64,000 nucleotides of DNA from Vicugna vicugna (taxonomy: Eukaryota), in the NCBI GenBank assembly GCA_013265495.1, contig MU057880.1, positions 2,138,527-2,202,526 on the forward strand. Direction: 5' to 3'. The position numbers and the translations under genes are program-made. Below are positions 13,524 to 26,543 of the stretch, in pieces (positions within the stretch are counted from its first letter, which is position 1; the number at the start of each line of letters is the position of its first letter). The notes under the pieces were generated by a model. That model made no database searches. It was not told where the DNA came from and saw only the letters and a program-made list of their open reading frames with translations.

Positions 13524-14018
13524 TGTTGACTGAAATAAAATGCACAAGCTGCAAGCTGAGGGTTCTGTTTTATTCGGTGCACTTTCTGAGGACTCGAGCC
13601 TGGGAGGCAGCCTCTCAGATCACTCTAAGAGACTGTTCCACCCAGGCAAGGGAGGACCCAAGATATACAGGGGTTTTCGCCACAAGGACCAAGAAGTCAG
13701 AACATCAAAAATGACTGTTGATTTTAAAAAGCCAGATGTCTCAAGTTAATGAGTTTAGCCCTTTTCTATGTATGGAAGGTGGGAAGGTCTGTGCTCCTTG
13801 AAATCATTGCTTTGATGTGCACCTTGCCATTGAGGACCACTATCCTGTTTTTTCACATCCTGAGTTCCACTGTTGGGGGTGGTGGCAGAGGCCAGGCTGC
13901 CTGCTTGTCAGTATTCTGAGTTCCCTCCACTCACTGTTCGGGGTGACGGTAGCGGCAATCACTTGCTGGTCACAGCATCCTTTGCTTACTGATATAGCTG
14001 AAATATTTTTCATTCACA
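13524..14018 (-). mobile_element. ERV1-class solo LTR (family A, copy 2)
   Basis: TG..CA ends, perfect 4-bp TSD ctct (13520-13523, 14019-14022), AATAAA on the minus strand. Confidence 0.88.
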
Positions 14019-15469
14019 CTCTTTCTGTCTTTGCCTTTTGCACTAAACAATGTCATAAGTTTTGCACATCTGTTGTTTGAGAACATTAGTGGAAGTTACA
14101 TGTTGATGTATGATTGAAGGATTTTTTTTCTCCTCTTTGACCACATCCTTCATCAATGACAACCCACTCTCTATCCACTTGCAGCCTAGGGCAAAAACAA
14201 AGGGGTGGAGGGAAATAATAATATCATAAGAGGTATTTAAAGAAACAAGTTGGAGGTGAAGGAGAGACAGACCCTGGTTTATCCTACCACTGGAACCACA
14301 TGCTAGCCAGAAGGTGTCAGCTAGAAGTGAAACTTCACATCTAAGATCTGATTTTCTTTTAAATAGTCCACATAGAAACTGGGCCATCTTGAGATCTTCA
14401 GTTCTAGCCCCTCCTCTCCTCAGTGTTGACCCCTCCCCTTCCTTAGTCCTCAAGAGCCAATGACACTGCACAGTTTTGTTTCAATTCCCTCAATAAGCCA
14501 AGCTTCCCCTTGTTTCCAGGTTTTAACAGATAATTTTTAATTTTTTTTCTTATTAGAACTTTCTGCCATCCCACCTTTACCTGAACACCTCCCATAATAT
14601 CTCTGCTTAGAAGCACCTCCCACTGGGAAAGCCATTTCTGCCCCGCCGTCCAGGTGAGGTTTTCTTTCTGTTCTGCAGATGCTGATCTTCCTCCCACAGC
14701 ATTTAGGACACCATGCCTGCCTTTTCCAGTTGCCATTAGGCTCCCAGAGAGCCGGGAGCTTCTGGTCACTGGTAGGTCCTCGGTACCTAGGACGTGCCAG
14801 CACCAGTGAGACCCTTGGGACACTGCCAGGGTGTCAGGGAGTGGTGGAGATGCAGAATTTGACTGTTGAAACCAAAATGGAGACACAGGACCAGTGTCAG
14901 CTTTCCAACACTCCTGTGGTTCTAGGGTTTGATCTCAGGACTCACTTGGTCAACTTCAAGGACCTTCCTTGATCATCTGTGTTCCTGAAGTTGTGTATAT
15001 TTCTTGTTTACAGAACTTCTACATGTTGTTATAAAAATTTAGGGATGAGTGTGCCCTCATTCTAGATTCTCAACATATGGGCACATGTTTTCCTCGTTTT
15101 GGTACTGGGTTACCCACAGTGTGGGCATTCAACAGCACTTGCTAATGTTCATGGAACCTGGTGCATGATATAATCCTTTCAGAAATGTGATCCCTCTAGT
15201 GGCTAATCCACATTAGTACATACTTTCACTTTGACAAAATGCTTATTATGAACCAGCTCAGCCAAATATATAGCAAGAGAATTAAATTTTGGTCTATTGA
15301 TTTTATTAGATGATATTAGCAATAACTTGTCTTTTATACACCTTTTTATTGATGAGAAAGAATAAATGTGGGATAAGATTTATTAATAAATTTGAAAATG
15401 TATTTTAAGAAATTTAAATACATTTTCAAATTTATTCTAAATAATTTTTAAACTTAAAAAATACATAAT

Positions 15470-16190
15470 TTGGTGCAGCCATGATGGAAAACAGCGTGGT
15501 GATTCCTTAAAAAAACTAAGAATAGTGTTATGATGTGATCCAGCAATCCCACTCCTGGACATAAATCTGGAGGAAACTCTCATTCAAAAAGATGCATACA
15601 CCCCAATGTTCATAGCAGCACTATTTACAATAGCTGAGACATGGAAGCAACCTAAGTGTCCATCAACAGATGACTGGATAAAGAAGATGTGGTATATTTA
15701 TACAATGGAATATTACTCAGCCATGAAAAAGAATAAAATAATACCATTTCTAGCAACATGGGTGGACCTGAAGCGCATTTTGCTAAGTGAGGTAAGTCAG
15801 ACCGAGAAAGATAAATATTATACACTATCACTTAAATATGAAATCTAAAATATGATACAAATGAACTCATTTACAAAACAGAAACAGACTCATGGACATA
15901 GAAAACAAACATGGTTACCAAAGGGGAAGGGGGAGGGATAAATTAGGAGTTTAGGATTAGCAGATATACACTACCGAATATAAAATAGATAAGCAACAAA
16001 GACCTATATATATAGCATAGGGAACTATATTCAATACCTTGTAATAACCTATAATGAAAAAGAATCTGAAAAGGAACATATATATATATACGTATATATA
16101 TATATACGTATATATATATATATGTATGATTGAACACTATGCTGTACACCAGAAATAAACACAACATTGTAAACTGACTACAATAAAAAA
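15470..16190 (+). mobile_element. 5'-truncated L1: ORF2 C-terminus plus 3' UTR
   Basis: ORF 15606-15848 MFIAALFTIAETWKQPKCPSTDDWIKKMWYIYTMEYYSA is the typical L1 ORF2p C-terminus, followed by the 3' UTR and aataaaaaa. Confidence 0.95.
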
Positions 16191-16899
16191 TTTGCTCCAT
16201 TCTAATGTTTATTAATCTCTTAATGCATGCCTAATGAACAATGAATAATTCTTTAACACTTAAAAAGAAAATTTTCAAGTTTTTGTGGGCTTGTTAGTAT
16301 ATATTTTTAAATAAAATCTATTTACCATCAAAAAAGTATATAATGTTGCTTTTTGTACAATGCCATGTCCCTGGTAACAGGGGCATGCTGATTCAGTGAT
16401 ACACATTTCCTGTTTGGAATTTATTAGATTTAGAATATACTCACAGGACTTGGACTGTTAACATTTGACTTGATGCCATGAGCTTCCAATAACCCCATAT
16501 TTTCAGTCTTCTCCTGTTCATGTGAGGGGAGCCTACCAGTTGTTGAAAAATTATTGCTATTTTATGGAAACAATTCTTGGCAATTTTTTCTTTGGCTCTG
16601 TTGGGGTGAAGGAGGCAGTGAAACATGAGTGACTCCAATTTGCACACTTGTCACGTGTAGTTTCAATACCTTTCTAGTAATTTCATGACAGAACAATAAT
16701 GTACTTTAAAATGTATGCTCCTAATAGAACACTTATCTATAAATTAATGTGGCTAATTTTGTTTTTAACACCTTTCTCAAAGGACTCTGTTATACTCCAT
16801 AGAGTCTGTGGGATGTCACAAATTCCAGGAGGATTGACATTGCTTAAAATACAATTTTTAAAGCATGTTCCATTTGTGTATTAAGCTCAGATGGATGGG

Positions 16900-17640
16900 C
16901 ATTTACTGAGTCAGCCAACATTTAATGAATGTCCGCCATGTGCCTTTTGTGTCCCAAGTCCTCTCCCAAGATTCTGGGGACCAGGGTGGGAGGTGAGCAC
17001 ATGTGAATGAATAGAAGTAACACGGTGTGTCAAGTGGGAGGATGGAGAGGTTCTCCGGCTCCAGGATCACAGAGCAGAGTCCTGTGACTCAGCACGGAGT
17101 TTTCCAGAACGTTTCCAGATGGAAATGGTGTCAGGGCTGTGACCTCATATGTAAACAGACACTTGCCAGGGAGGAAAAGGGGAGGAGTTTAGAAGTAAAA
17201 GTCTGAAGGCAAGAGACAGCCTGATGTGCAGGAGGAAATGCATGTGGTTTGATGTCGCGGGGACCAGACGGCACAGCGGCAGAGTCAGAAGATGAAGGAC
17301 AGGCAGAGATAACAGGCTGGTGACTGTCCAGCTGCGTCATCTGTCCCAATGGAGAACACTGCAGAATTTCAAGGACGGGAGCCACACGGTCACATCTGGA
17401 AAGAAGGAGTGTGAATCTGAGAAAGATAAGACCCGAAGCAGCAAGGTCAACTTAACGGCAGCTAAAATAGCTCAGGCAAAGATAACAAAGCCCTTAAATA
17501 GAACAATAACACCAGGACAGGGTGGGGGGGGCGCAAATTGAAGAAATATTTCAAAGATGGCATTGGCGGTCCCTGCGCTGGGAGGGAGAGGAGGAATCGG
17601 GGATGCTTTCTCAGACTCCAGCTCAGGTGATAAACCAGCC
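16900..17640 (-). mobile_element. L2 LINE relic
   Basis: caacatttaatgaatgtccgccatgtgcc end motif followed by purine-rich degenerate L2-like sequence. Confidence 0.5.
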
Positions 17641-17684
17641 TGGAGGGTTCATTTCACAAGTGACAGAAACCTCATTGCATGTAG

Positions 17685-17760
17685 GTACACCAGAGATTGA
17701 CACGTTGTCACTGCCTGTACTTCAATAAAAATAAATAAGTAAACAAATACACAAGTAAAT
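17685..17760 (+). mobile_element. Very short L1 3' end
   Basis: gtacaccagagattgacacgttgtcactgcctgtacttcaataaaaataaat. Confidence 0.8.
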
Positions 17761-18151
17761 AACAAGACAACAAGAACGAAAGAAATCTCATTGCAAACTG
17801 GCTTCAAAAGAAGTGAGATGGAAACGTTCCTCCGTCCAGCACAAAGAGCCCACTGCATGCCATGAGGCTTTGTTTCTGTCCGTCTCCCTCTCCCTACCTG
17901 TAGCCCACCCTTCAAACACCCTGGCCCCCTGTCTGCCTCACCAGGGCCCCTTGGTCTTCTCCAAAATCCAGTCGCAAGACCTACCCCAGCCCAACGTGAA
18001 GCCTCCACGAGTCACCTCCAGGACTGAGGCCAATATGTGGGTGTCATACAAAAGGTTAAATATTTCGGATCGCCCCTTGGTATGGGACTCATGGAGCATA
18101 TTCATTTCAGAGCCCCATACACGTGACGTAGAGTGCTTCATTATCTGAGAA

Positions 18152-18776
18152 TGATGCAAGGGAAAAGGGGGTGAGAGGATGATCACGTCCCAGGTCCCAG
18201 GTGGGTCCTTGGGATGCACCCATTAAGTGAGTGTCTTGGGCTTCACACAGGAAAGAATTCAAGAGTGAGTCATAGTAGAGTTAAGGTGGATTTATTCAGA
18301 GACATGCCCACTCCATAGACAGAGTGCACGTTGTCTCAACAGGCCAGAGAAAGGCCAGGAGATACACGTTCCATAGGCAGAATGCGGGTTGTCCTCGTCA
18401 GAAGGGAAAGCGGGCGGCGGGGGGTGCTCAGAGCATGGAGCTGGCCAGGAAGATGAGATCGGCCACGAGCTGCAGAGTTGTTTGTTTTTATGGGCTCGGT
18501 AACTTCACATGCCAACAAGTGGGAGGATTATTCCAACCACTTTGGGGAAGGGGCTGGGATGCCCAGGAGTTGGGCCACCACTCACCCTTTGACCTCTGAT
18601 GGGCAGCCTTGAAACTGTCCAAGGGCCTGTGGGAGTGCCATTTGGCAGCTACTGTATTTTAATGAGTGTGGACTGAAGCTCAGGGTCTACTGGGAGCTGA
18701 GTCTTCTGCCATCTTGGTGCTAAGGGCTGTGTCATTCTCTTAATGGCTGTGCTCTGCCCCCTTCCCTCCTGTCTCA
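18152..18776 (-). mobile_element. ERV1-class solo LTR (family B, copy 1)
   Basis: TG..CA ends; reverse complement shares gaattcaagagtgag, cccagccccttcccc and the tgagacagg start with 25888-26543. Confidence 0.82.
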
Positions 18777-21700
18777 AGGTGGGGCTGAGGAATCAGATTT
18801 GCTGAGCAGGACCTGTTAGGTTCTCCAGATGCCCCGAAAACACACGTGTGCTCTGTCACACAAAACTTACCAAGAGTCGGGGGCCTGAGTCAGACTAAAT
18901 TGTTCTGTCCATAACAATGGGGGCTTACATTTCCCTAGAAGCAGATCCTGAGACAAGGCTTAAAGTGCAATAAGTATTTTTGCAAATGACCCCAACAACC
19001 AGCAACAGGGAAGAATGGTGGCTGACAGTCGCTGCCGTCTTGCTGTGTCTTCATACAGTCATTCCCATCAGTTCAGTGTCATCAGTGTCTACACCGGGCA
19101 AAGCTTACCAATCTGTGTGCCTGAAGTGCACAAATTAATTGCATAGACATCATAATAAATGAATTTTTTAATTAAAAAGCAATCTCTAATTACTTCCCCA
19201 ATTCATTCCATCCCAGCCGCTATCATTGCCTGGCTACTAACACGGCTTTCTTCACAGTCAGCAGTGACGTCCATGTTCCCAGATCCAGCGCCTTCTCTGC
19301 CTGGTTCCATTAACCACCTTCCTGACCTCCAACAATGGAACGTGTACTCTGGGCCCAGCTCTTGTGACCACGCCTCCTGATTCATTACAAGACTGGCTCT
19401 TCAGCCCCTCTCCTCAATCTTTCTTCTCCACCCAAAGCCTACAAATCAGAGGTTCTCAGGGCTTCATCTAGGCTGCCCTCAATTGGGACAATTGAGGGCA
19501 CAGTGCCTGACACACATAGTTAATATTTGTTGGAAAAAGGGGTAAATAATAAATAAAATACTGCAAATCCAACACAGAATGCAGCTGTATCAATACAGTC
19601 TTAATGAGTCCTGATCTGGAACAGTCTCCTTCTAAAGTGTTCGTAATGGCAATTTACATTGGTAAATACTACAAGGTAAACGTGCTGCTCTGTCCACTCA
19701 TCCTAAAAATCATTTTGGTCAGCATTCTCAAATACGTCTCAAAATACGTCCCCTGTGTATTCCATCTCCTCTCTGTGATCCCTTTCCTGTTACCGAAAGT
19801 AAGAGACATCAGATAAGGGACAGAGCTATGGTCTGGCGCAGATTAATCTCGAGAGCCCATGTACATACTAATGTGTGAGCATTTTTAGAGGAAAACAGAA
19901 GTTGTAGCTCACTGTTTTTAAAAACTCAGCTTATTTGTTCATATTGTTGAAACCAGCTGTATTTTCCTTGGGAAGAAAAATAGGAGGCATAGGAGTTAAA
20001 TATTTTTTTTAACGTGATGTTTAATTTTCAGTAACAATTCTTAAAAAAGCGGAGAGTGATATTTAAATTTGTGCATAATAATGGTCGCTTTTTCTTTTAA
20101 AATATGGCCAATAGTCTCCATAGTAACAGATTCAGAGTCCCCTGTATGTGCCTCCTGGGGTTATCAATGTGCATAACCACACAATGTTAGATTCAGAGAA
20201 AGGCAAAGAACAAACCCATAGCAGACATCACAAGTTGCAGTGGTTTTAATTTACATTTAAATCTAGAAATTATTAATATTCATTATCATTTTATTATGTA
20301 ATGATAAAGGCGATGTTTCCTTCTACATCTAGACAATATTAATGTTAATGCAAACACAATTTGCATGTGTATGGAAGACTGGTTGCAGTCATCAATCACT
20401 GTCCCTTTCTGGTGCTCCAAGGAGTTCACACATCACAGAACCATCGGCACAGGCCAAAACAGAAAGTAGCCACTGTCATTTCATAACTCATATTTATATA
20501 GAAAGATAAGGACCAAAGGGAGTCTAAGAATCCTAAACTGTTCAAGACTTGGAGAATAATTCAGATAATAGACTTTTCTAAACAAATGGAAATTCTGATT
20601 AGAGGATCTTTATCTTTCTCCCTTGGAAGCTTTCTTCTTTTTTTTTTTTTTCTTAGATTCCACCTTCTTTGCCCTGCTCCTTAGTAAGTTTGTGTGGTTT
20701 TTTGTTTATTTAAACATTTGAAAAAAAATTTAGCGTGAACTATACTCTGCCTCTGGCTAGAAAAGTCTTTAAGGTTCAGGTAGGCAGGTTTCTAAGACAT
20801 CATGACTGCTTTGATGGGATGTCCAGCTAAAAAAAATCTCTCTGGAATCAGGCTGTTTACCTTTAAAGAAAATAAAAAGATTCTTTAAAAAGCAATTGTC
20901 TACTCACAATAAAGATTATGAGAATATATTTTTTTCTAGTAAAAAAATCAGAGAATTAGAAATTGAATCAGAAAATGTTGGAAACAGAATCTTGAAATCA
21001 ACTAGCTGAACTTTCATTTTTGCAGTTATAGAAGCTGAGGACCAGAATAGTTGACTTCTTGTTGTCGTTATTAAAGTCACGTACCTAATTGTGGTAGAGC
21101 ACAGAATTTCTATTGTGGGCACTTAGCATTGTAACACGATGCCCTATGATAAATTACCATCCTGCACCAGCATTTGGTATATTTTAAAGCCCTTTTTATA
21201 TCTTTCAAAATTAAATTTCTAATGAAAACTCACTCGCAGTTTCAGAAATACATGCTCCCTTTCTCCCATGCAGTTTTGCGTCTGATCAGCTTCACAAGGC
21301 ACATTTAAATGGAGCATTGGTTGGAAACTCCATACCTTGTCAGTTGCCAATGCACTATTTCAGATGAAACCTACTAAGTGTATCAGATGAAACCTACTAA
21401 GGAAAAAGGAAATATTATAAATAGCATTTTTATTTATTTTTATTGAAATGTGTTTGGTTCATTCTATAGTAGTTAGAAAAATTTTAGTCCGATTTCACAG
21501 TAGAATTAACTGCTCAAAGCACACGAGATGCAAAATGAATTGTCACTACCTTAATTTACTTTACATATGAATATCCATAAAACAGGGACATTTCATGTCC
21601 CATTTTAGCTTGGTGGCTCTTAAATTTTCTTCTAGCCAGGCTGCAGCAGTCAGCAATTATTAGTTCAAAACCACACTTTCACACATACACATTTTAAATT

Positions 21701-22762
21701 GTAACACAAACTTCAAAATCTAAAATTAAAAAAGAAGAACTTCATTTGACATCATGATTTCAAACTAGGAAGAAGGTCTTTCCTACAGTTAGTCTCCAAA
21801 ATCATTACATCTTGGCTATAACAGATTGGCTATTAAATAGACAGAGTCTTGTGAACCACCTGTCATGTAAAATTTCTCTACCATATATTTAAACCAGTCA
21901 AGCAATGGAAGTAGAGGCTGTTTGCCAGGCCTTAGAAATACCGTGGAGTGAATGTGACCACGGTATCTGTGAAAACACAGATTCTGCATGGGTTCCATCT
22001 TGGAAAATGCTTCCCTGGTCTTCTTCCAGCTCATCAAAGAAATGAGATGAATAAATTTCACTTAGGTGTGAGCTCAGAAATCAGTGCTGCTTGACTGCTG
22101 TTTTCCATGATGTAGGTCTTCCTCGTATAAAATCCTCTGACAGTCAAGCAAGACCATGAACTCCACGTGGCTCCAGTCTCCTTAACTCCATCAGAAGTAG
22201 CTGGTTTTCTTCTGTGAAGGTTTATCATGGGTGTAAGTGCATTTGGCTGCTTCATAGTTCTGTTAATTTCACTCACCAGTGATTAAAAGACGTGTTAAAC
22301 GTGGAACCGCATGCACCTGGCATTGGACACTGCAGTGGAGAGGCAGGACAGGGATCCTTAGCTGATCAAAAAAAGAAAGAGAGCAAGAAAGCAAATTTTC
22401 TGCCATCAGAGAGTTTGCAGTCAATTGCATGGAGGGTCTATCAACTAAACTAGAGGAGATAATCATTAATTTGCAGCAGCGAGGTTAAGGACTCATCCTA
22501 GAAAGTTCTCGGAAGGATGAGTGACTTCCCTGGTAATGTAGTTAGTGACGGAGATAAAGAAGAGGGGACAGAAAGACCTCTTTAGTCAAAAAATGATTGA
22601 GGGTTATCTTCATTTTAACACATCATTAGTTATAAAACTCTCCAGTGAATTAATAACAGCCTTTGGAGAGAGAGAGAAATGGGGACCTCTGACTTCAAAG
22701 CTTGGATCATGACTGGGCGTCTGTCTACACTGCCTCCAAACACTTGTTGGACAACCTCGATG

Positions 22763-22992
22763 AGAGGCAGAGTGATGGTCAAGTGCGTGGACTCTAGAGT
22801 TAGGCTACTTGAGTTCAAATCCCAGCTCTGCCGCTCTCCTCCTGAATGGTCTCAGGCCAATTGCTCAGCCTCTCAGTACCCCACACTGCTCCTCTGTAAA
22901 ACTCGCTAAATCCACCTGTCTCCTATGGTTACAGTGACAACTCCTGTGACACATGGGAGTTCTTAAGATAGCACCTGGTGCGTAGTCAATCA
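22763..22992 (+). mobile_element. MIR SINE
   Basis: gagttcaaatcccagctctgcc..cctctcagt..cctctgtaaaa core, atagcacctggtgcgtagt end. Confidence 0.8.
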
Positions 22993-24129
22993 GCTATTAC
23001 ACTATGATCAGTGCAATACGTTAAGTTCTAGGAAAAAGAGGCTCTAAAGAAAAGTGTAATGGAAGACAACTCTAGAATGTTCTAGAATAAGTTCTGGAAT
23101 CTATCCTTGTGGCGTGAGCATGAGAAAGGAAGCAAAGATCGGCAGGCCTGAGGACAGGAATTGAGGTATGTCAGGAAACCCCGAGACCTGCAGGAGTGGG
23201 AGGCCCGGCCTACAGGGCAGAGCAGATCACACTTAAGGAGAAGTTTGTATCCTGAAGACAAAGGGAGACTGAGACCTTAAGACTGGGGGCTCGGGTTGTG
23301 ATCAATTTGTGTTTAAACAGATCAGGCTGGTAATCTGAGGACAGTTTGCAGGAACATCGCCATAGGAGAGGCAGAGAGCGGTCTGGAGGGCTTTTTGTGG
23401 CGGGGAGACACAGCAAGAAGACCAGGGTTCTATCCGGGGTGGAAACAAACACAAAGGAAGATGACTGGAGGCCTCACATTAGGGGGCACTCACCGAGGGC
23501 ACAATGATCCATTTTTATGGATGCATTGAGGGTCTCCACAGGTTGCTCTTTTGGTCAAGTCCACGAGAATCTCAAGGTCACTGGGAACAGAAACTCTGTC
23601 TCCAACTTAGAATGTTCACCTTCACCCAGAAACTAGGAGGTCATCTCCCTAACTTCGCATTTGTCTCCTTCTGTCCTTCAGAAACATACTTGAATACACA
23701 TTGTCAGTTTCCTTCATCACAGGCTGTCAGCACCAGCAAGACAGTAACGGTGATTTTACAGCCAGGTTTTATTGCTAAGAATCAGGGCAGCAGACCCTTT
23801 TTCCTTCCTAAGATTTCAGAAGCTTCATTTCTCATGTCTGTAGCCACGGATCTGAGACAGTGATGGTTTCATCGACTCAATGTCTAGTTCCTGTACGCTC
23901 TGGGCACTGTCTTTCCATGTCAGGCAAAAGCAGAATGACTTAGTTTGTTGTTGGCAACAGAGTTTTAAACTACATACTTATGACTCGAATTGTGTGGAGT
24001 TACCAAATAAACACCAAGTGCTTAATAGAAATGTGCATTTCCTAGGTTTGAAATGTCTTTTTTGGGGTCATACAACACCTAGCACTGTACTAACAGCAGG
24101 GAGAACTAAAAACGAGATGGATTAACGTG

Positions 24130-24412
24130 CCAGCTCTGAAACCAGCTCCCCTCATTCAAGTTCTGCCTTTGGTCCTTATAAACGTGTGACTTTGGTCCAG
24201 TTTTACAAAGCCTTTCAGGGGCTCAGTTTCTCAACTATAAGATGGGGCTTTAAGGGGGAGGGTATAGCTCAGGGGTAGAGTGTGTGCTTTGCATGCACGA
24301 GGTCCTGGATTCAATCCCCAGCACCTCCATTATAAACAAAATAAACAAATAAATCTAACCCCCCCATTGTTTTTTAAATGGGGATTCAATGAGTATCTAC
24401 TCACAGAGTTGT
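24130..24412 (+). mobile_element. MIR relic interrupted by a Vic-1-like SINE
   Basis: tgtgactttggtccagtt..ctcagtttctcaactataagatgggg, resuming as atggggattcaatgagtatctactcacagagttgt. Confidence 0.65.
24254..24376 (+). mobile_element. tRNA-derived SINE (Vic-1-like)
   Basis: ggggagggtatagctcaggggtagag..ggattcaatccccagcacctcca; atgggg(c/a)tt duplicated on the flanks. Confidence 0.9.
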
Positions 24413-25887
24413 AGTTTCCCCATTGTTTGGGAAGTGGGAGAGGATTCTGCTGTAGTGCACTTTACCTCATTGTGGATATTTCATTAAAAAGGGTAGTAAG
24501 GTGTCACCAGCTTGGCAAGATGCAGAACGAAAATGAGCAGGCTACTCTAGCTCCCAGAACAGGTGACAGTGGGTTCCCAGGCCAGACTAAACAGACTCTG
24601 CGGAACGCTAGATTTCTTTCCCCTGAGCTGGGCTGAGACTCCTGACTGTGGGTTTCACAGCGATAATCATCTTCGAACAGAAATCTGGTAGGCAGAAAGA
24701 AAAAGATATTAGGAAGTACTTCGAATTCTTAAAAGGCTGTTGTTTGTTTCTGTTTTTGTTTTTAACAGGTGTGTAGTGTAATCATTTGCCTCAATAAATA
24801 GGAATAATAGTAACTATAATAATTAGCCGATTCTCACATTTTTCACTTTAGTTTTATGTGTATCTAAAAAGTCATTCACAAAAGAAAGTAAGGAATTTTT
24901 TTCCACTGACTGTCCAGTGGGACAAAAAAAAATGACAGCCACTAGTGTCTTTTCTCTAATATATCCTTTCAGATACAAATGGAGTTTATCTAAAGAGTTA
25001 GAATTTCAAGGGGGAAGATATTTGCTTGCCTGAGGGCTTAATAAGTCACTAGTCATTTCCTGGAGCCTCTTTGTGCTTTCAGTAACTACAACCAATCTAA
25101 AAACACCTTTGTCAAATTATCAGTGAAGATGCTAATTTGCCTTGCCATCAGACTTTGAAAAAAACCCACCTCCCACACACAAACAAACAAACAAAAAAAT
25201 ACCAAACCAAAAAAAACTTGACCAGGAATTCTGAATTAGAAACAGGTAGAGGGAGACCGGTAGGAATCTTATGAAAAAGAGGCTGAGACGCTGACATCTA
25301 TGGTGAATCATAAATTGAGTCTTCAAAGGGAGCAACTGGGAAAATAGCGTCTCTCTCCCAAGCCCCGATGCTGTGATTCGGTAGCAATCATGAGTACGGA
25401 AGGAGGAATGATAATTCATTCCCTTTGTCCTCCAAGACCAGGAGATGGATCCTCTGATCTAACTGCCTGCAGATGTCCAGGGGAAGGCATCTGGGGTGAC
25501 CAGCTTTGCCCGGGATGAACAGGAGGCTCAGGGAGCCCGCGCTTTGGGTGGGCTTCAACCCCCAGGCCAGCTTCTCCATGATGTCTTAGTCACCACTGCT
25601 GCCTCCTGGCTCAACTGTTTTATTTAGGCTGTTCCAGAAAGATAGCTGTCTGAGTGTCGTGTTCTGTTCTCAGACACGTGGAAACGTGTGTCTCCCATCC
25701 CACGAGTCTACCTTGAGCGAAACCCAGGGAGGGCAGTCATCGGGAAGAGAACTTAGAGAAACCTACAAAAGCGTCACCCAGGAAGGTTTCTGTCCAAAAT
25801 CCAGGGTTTTAGTGTCCAGTGAGAGGCACAGGAGTCGAAGGGGTAGACCAGGAGAGAAATGATAACCGTGTCTGTCCCCTGTGGTGT

Positions 25888-26543
25888 TGAGACAGGAAGG
25901 AAGTGGACAGGGCACAGCCACTCAAGGAGTAAGACAGCAGTTAATACCAGAATGGTGAGAGATTCAACCCCCAGAGGCCTTGAGGCTCAGGATGGTGGGA
26001 GATCTGACTTCTAGTAGACCTTGAGCTTCATTACACACTCATTGTAATGTACCAGCATGGTGAATAACACTCCCATAGGTGCCATGACAGTCCCATGGCT
26101 AGCCACAATAGGTCAAAGAGTGAGAGATGGCCAATTTCTGGGAATCCCAGCCCCTTCCCCAGGGTAGTTAGTCCTTCCACTTATTAGCACATGAAGCCAC
26201 TGAACCCATAAAAACTGGCAACATGGTGCCTCGTGGCGGTCTTTTTGCTCCCTCCCCTTCGGAGACGGCCCGCACTCTGTCTGTGGAGTGTGCACCTACT
26301 TCTACTCTCATCTGAGCACCCAGCCCCACACCTCGTGGCCTTTCTCCTGTCTTCTGAAACAGCCTATACTCTGTGCAGTATGTATCTCTCTAAATAAATC
26401 TACCTTTACTCAACAGTGGCTCACTCTTGAATTCTTTTCTTCATGAAGCCAAGGGCCCACACTTGGTGGGGCACGTCCCAGGGACTCAACCGAGACCTGG
26501 GACACAGCCCTCCTCACGCCCCACATCGGTTTTTCCTGTGTCA
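25888..26543 (+). mobile_element. ERV1-class solo LTR (family B, copy 2)
   Basis: TG..CA ends, perfect 4-bp TSD gtgt (25884-25887, 26544-26547), cataaaa box and AATAAA. Confidence 0.9.

Noticed and set aside
15606..15848. 80-aa ORF as a host gene (also 38551-38823)
   Set aside because: These are L1 ORF2p C-terminal remnants in truncated insertions.
21790..22200. Faint reverse-transcriptase-like motifs on the minus strand (CLTVRG..GLANS..QVVHKTL..ICYSQDVMI)
   Set aside because: Many stops, no YxDD and imperfect spacing; it may be chance resemblance. A Dfam nhmmer or translated RVT_1 search would decide.
12799..26543. LTR pairs as ends of intact proviruses
   Set aside because: Each pair is inverted, the copies have separate flanks, and I saw no gag/pol/env ORF between them.
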